The notes below the pieces were generated by a model. That model saw nothing but the letters and a program-made list of their open reading frames with translations, had not been told where the DNA came from and searched no databases. From Thermoplasmatota archaeon (GTDB lineage: Archaea > Thermoplasmatota > E2 > UBA202 > JdFR-43), in assembly GCA_038818725.1 (NCBI GenBank), contig JAWAYL010000002.1, forward strand, positions 1,346 through 65,345: a DNA stretch of 64,000 bases, given 5' to 3'. This document shows, piece after piece, positions 61,096 through 64,000 of this stretch. Every line of letters begins with the position of its first letter. Position 1 is the stretch's first letter. Both the position numbers and the translations under genes were made by a program.

Positions 61096-62153
61096 CCTAA
61101 TGGGTATTCATTATTATAACTCACTCTTCTTGTCTTAGGAAATTTCAAAACAAATTTTCCTGTTTTTGGATTTCTCCCGAGACCGAGTTTTTTTCTTAAG
61201 TTCCTACCTTTTTCCCATTCTTCAAATTTCTCCGCTTTCAAGCCTATGGTTTTTGCATGCCATCCTCCACCCCATCCAAGATTTAATATCATCTCATTTT
61301 CCTTGCAATTTTCTATTTCATCCTTCAATTTATAAAATACATTTTTTGTTACATTAGAAAATTTATAATTTAATTGTTTTAGAATTATCTCTTTAGAAAA
61401 TTCACTGCATATTTTGAAAATTTCTTCTTTTTTCATATACTCTTTTACTAGATTCTCTTTAAAGATGTGTTTATTTAACAGTTCATTGTCTATCCTAAAA
61501 TAAAAGCTCGTCTTTTCCCCTCGCTTTATACTTTCTATGTATGTGGGAATTGTTCGAGGATTCCCAACAATTTTTATTTCATTTATCTCTAAAGAGGATA
61601 AAGAAAAAGGAAGAGTATCTGAGATTCTTAATGCTCTTAAAATATCGTAATGTGGTTCTTTACCGAATATTTCTTTTTCTAATCTTATACAAGCTTCATT
61701 TGGTTTTATATATTTCTTTTCTAATAATTCTTTACAGTAATCAAACACTTTTTCTTCACTTACTATTTTCCATAAAAGTGCTGTTCTTATTGCACCTTTT
61801 ATTGAACTTCCGGGAATATAAGGAAATCCCTCAATATTTTTAATAAATTCTCTAATCTGAGGCTTTGTGTTTCGTATTCTATCAAAATCTATCTTCATAG
61901 GAATTGAATACTGCGAGAAATCGGTAGGGTTTAAGTTGTTTTTCTTTAAAAAATCCTCCATTTTAAAATCTTCTTTTTCTTTATTAATTTCTTCTACGAG
62001 CGAGATATTATTTTCTATACAATACCCGGCAAATTTATCAAAATCCATTTTTATAAAATTTTTGTTTTCAATAACAAAATCTATCGATGTAAAAACATTC
62101 CCATTACCTACATGTAAGGGTGTAAGAACCTCTAATTCTAATCTATTCTTCAT
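61074..62153 (-). CDS. csm5: Csm5 (Cas7-family RAMP of type III-A effector)
   Basis: LEVLTPLHVGNG N-terminus, PYIPGSSIKGAIRT RAMP motif, G-rich loop LNLGWGGGWHAKT. 359 aa. Confidence 0.75.
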   Translation of the reverse strand: MKNRLELEVLTPLHVGNGNVFTSIDFVIENKNFIKMDFDKFAGYCIENNISLVEEINKEKEDFKMEDFLKKNNLNPTDFSQYSIPMKIDFDRIRNTKPQIREFIKNIEGFPYIPGSSIKGAIRTALLWKIVSEEKVFDYCKELLEKKYIKPNEACIRLEKEIFGKEPHYDILRALRISDTLPFSLSSLEINEIKIVGNPRTIPTYIESIKRGEKTSFYFRIDNELLNKHIFKENLVKEYMKKEEIFKICSEFSKEIILKQLNYKFSNVTKNVFYKLKDEIENCKENEMILNLGWGGGWHAKTIGLKAEKFEEWEKGRNLRKKLGLGRNPKTGKFVLKFPKTRRVSYNNEYPLGWVKIRG

Positions 62154-63038
62154 TTACTCACCTTTAATTTGGATAGCATAGGCTTTTCCATATATAGAGT
62201 ATCCTTCGTAATGAATTAATTTTCCCTCAGGCAACTTTTCAAATACACTCCCTTCTTTTATCATTTTTATTCTCGGTTTTCTTTCCTTTCCTATCCATCC
62301 TCCTTTTAAAACAAAATCCCAAGATGAGGCGCCAGAAAATAAACCTTTTTCGTTTTCATCTGGATAGAATAACGAGAGAAGCATATACTTGTTTCCATTT
62401 AGAGGGGTACGGAGGGTTATATTTTCTTCTTTAAAGCTAAATAGTCCATAACCCCATGTTCTTTTTCCGCCAAACCCTTCCTCCTGTAGTAACCTCAAAG
62501 AAGAGATTATTTCTCTATAAATATTTTCTTCGCACTCAATAGTAAACCAGAGACCACATTTTTCATTAAATTTTATCAAACCTACAAAAAAGAAATCAGA
62601 CTTTTTGGTTTCGCGGTCGAGATAAACTTTTGGTATTTGTTGCTCTTCATATAGATATTTTTTATTTAGAATGTTTTCTATATCTGATTCATTTAATTTT
62701 TCATAATTTATTATCTTCTCAAAATAATCTTTTGATATAAACTCCACTTTTTTCCAATCTTTTGGTAATTCTCCGTCAAAATTTATTTTTACTCTTGGTT
62801 TTGGGAAATATATATTGTTTTCATCGAATGGGTAAGCAGAAGAAATTCTTACTTTTTCAAATTTTTTAACAAACTCATCTGTCTCTTCTTCAGTATGGAG
62901 TAAGGAATATGCATTTATAATTCCATTAAATATAGTATCAGAATGAATTATTGGGGAAGATTCTTCCAGTCCAATCCCTATTTCTCCTATATGGAGAGGA
63001 GACGTAAAGTTTAATTTAATTATCTTCATATTTTTCAT
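62154..63038 (-). CDS. csm4: Csm4 (Cas5-family RAMP)
   Basis: LNFTSPLHIGE N-terminus, SSAYPF motif, C-terminal G-rich loop GFGGKRTWGYGLF. 294 aa. Confidence 0.8.
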   Translation of the reverse strand: MKNMKIIKLNFTSPLHIGEIGIGLEESSPIIHSDTIFNGIINAYSLLHTEEETDEFVKKFEKVRISSAYPFDENNIYFPKPRVKINFDGELPKDWKKVEFISKDYFEKIINYEKLNESDIENILNKKYLYEEQQIPKVYLDRETKKSDFFFVGLIKFNEKCGLWFTIECEENIYREIISSLRLLQEEGFGGKRTWGYGLFSFKEENITLRTPLNGNKYMLLSLFYPDENEKGLFSGASSWDFVLKGGWIGKERKPRIKMIKEGSVFEKLPEGKLIHYEGYSIYGKAYAIQIKGE

Positions 63039-63041
63039 TTT

Positions 63042-63785
63042 TTATGATTTTATAAAATCTATTGCTTTTTCTATGGTTTCAAACTCTTTTGAAGCGTTTT
63101 TATTATCTTGAAGATAATATTCTATCTTTTTTACAATGATTTTCTGCTGTTTTCTGATTTCGATTTTTCCATACCCACGAGAGCCGTGCCCTCCAAGATA
63201 ATCATCCTCCAACATTTTTAAGCATCTTTCAAGATTTTTTAAGTCTTCTTTTGCTTGCTCTTTATCCTCTATATTGTAAATAATTTCAAAATTGAAAACG
63301 CTTCCTGCTGGAATTCTTTCTATTTGTCTGGGTGTAGCTTGAGTGGTTATTCTATCAATCACGTTTTCAAACTTCCATTCTGTATATTTCAGCCCAGTAT
63401 CTATATTTTCTAATTTTTTTCTACTTTCTTCTGTTAAGTGCAAATCTCTAACGATAATTCTTGATGGAGACTCACCTGTCGCTGAGCCAAAAATTCTACA
63501 AACAGGACATTTTTTGGCCTCGTTTCTTGTCTGGCATTCGTGCCTTTTAATGGTATTATCTATATAAATATTAAAAAAATTTTCATCCTTGGCATTCGCT
63601 ATTTCCCACAGACTTCTTAATTTTCCTTTCAAAGAACTTCCTGGTATGTAAGGATAATCTGTTATTGGATCTCTTACAACAGGACTATCTATACCACCAA
63701 TTTTCATTGTTTCTCTGCTTGCACCCACATGCAAACCAGTTTTTAATTCCATCTCTCCTTTTATAATTATTTTCCCTAATAGCAT
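63042..63785 (-). CDS. csm3: Csm3 (Cas7-family backbone subunit)
   Basis: GKIIIKGEMELKTGLHVG, PYIPGSSLKGKLRS, CPVCRIFG. The true start is probably the ATG at 63785 (MLLGK...). The track ORF uses a TTG at 63821. Confidence 0.85.
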   Translation of the reverse strand: MLLGKIIIKGEMELKTGLHVGASRETMKIGGIDSPVVRDPITDYPYIPGSSLKGKLRSLWEIANAKDENFFNIYIDNTIKRHECQTRNEAKKCPVCRIFGSATGESPSRIIVRDLHLTEESRKKLENIDTGLKYTEWKFENVIDRITTQATPRQIERIPAGSVFNFEIIYNIEDKEQAKEDLKNLERCLKMLEDDYLGGHGSRGYGKIEIRKQQKIIVKKIEYYLQDNKNASKEFETIEKAIDFIKS

Positions 63786-63786
63786 T

Positions 63787-64000
63787 TTAATCACCACCTC
63801 CTGCCAACTTATGGTATGCAACCACCCCTCTCAAAAAATCACAAATCTTTTTGAAATCTTCAAAGGTATTAACCTCATTGATCGCATTATCTATTATCCT
63901 TACCAACTCGGCTGTTGATTTATTTTTTGCAGAAGTATATGCTAAAAGGGGCTTTAATTTTAATAGTTTATTTCTATCAAACTTTTCTTTTCCTTCATCT
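63787..64000 (-). CDS. csm2: Probable Csm2 small subunit, C-terminal part (gene continues beyond window end)
   Basis: My manual minus-strand translation ends ...ELVRIIDNAINEVNTFEDFKKICDFLRGVVAYHKLAGGGD*, helical. It sits immediately upstream of csm3, as in the III-A gene order. Confidence 0.4.
   Translation of the reverse strand, partial: DEGKEKFDRNKLLKLKPLLAYTSAKNKSTAELVRIIDNAINEVNTFEDFKKICDFLRGVVAYHKLAGGGD

Overview
This is a gene-dense, AT-rich (roughly 30% GC by eye) chromosomal segment, clearly archaeal. The evidence is Alba, aIF6, aIF1A, PolD DP2, Cdc48, the S19e-L39e-L31e-aIF6-PfdA-FtsY and aIF1A-Rio1-KH clusters, intron-containing tRNAs, and the AcnX-type archaeal mevalonate pathway. 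I found no rRNA, no CRISPR array and no transposase.

Main contents, left to right:
- **Pilus/secretion pair (1-3062, - strand):** a FlaJ/TadC-like membrane protein (partial) with a FlaI/GspE-like ATPase.
- **Electron-bifurcation-type operon (4373-12625, + strand):** six tightly coupled genes: NfnA/PyrK-like, ferredoxin, an HdrD-like HdrCB fusion, two complementary HdrA paralogs, and an MvhD fused to a GltD/NfnB-like protein. This is the most unusual system in the window.
- **tRNAs:** tRNA-Lys with a non-canonical T-loop intron, tRNA-Gln, tRNA-Met(CAT), and tRNA-Tyr with a canonical intron.
- **Accessory-looking stretch after tRNA-Lys:** long non-coding gaps, a pair of tiny paralogous membrane proteins, a GIY-YIG nuclease, a TauE-like transporter and an AbrB-like mini-protein.
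- **Housekeeping genes:** NSS and ZIP transporters, NAD kinase, IMPase, CitF, LeuC-like, RNase Z, enolase, PyrH, RtcA, GluRS, PolD.
- **Secreted/cell-surface operon (37754-43415, - strand):** a flippase-like membrane protein, an anchored protein, a BNR propeller and a large hydrolase-like protein. It sits next to a sensor histidine kinase that is frameshifted.
- **Isoprenoid cluster:** GGPP synthase, IDI-2, IPK and the two PMDh/AcnX subunits.
- **Type III-A CRISPR-Cas module at the right edge:** cas6, csx1, csm5, csm4, csm3 and partial csm2, immediately after tRNA-Tyr. Cas10 and any array would lie beyond the window.

A roughly 70-110 nt palindrome-containing element occurs twice in inverted orientation. 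Each copy sits the same distance upstream of a gene start (tRNA-Lys and cdc48).
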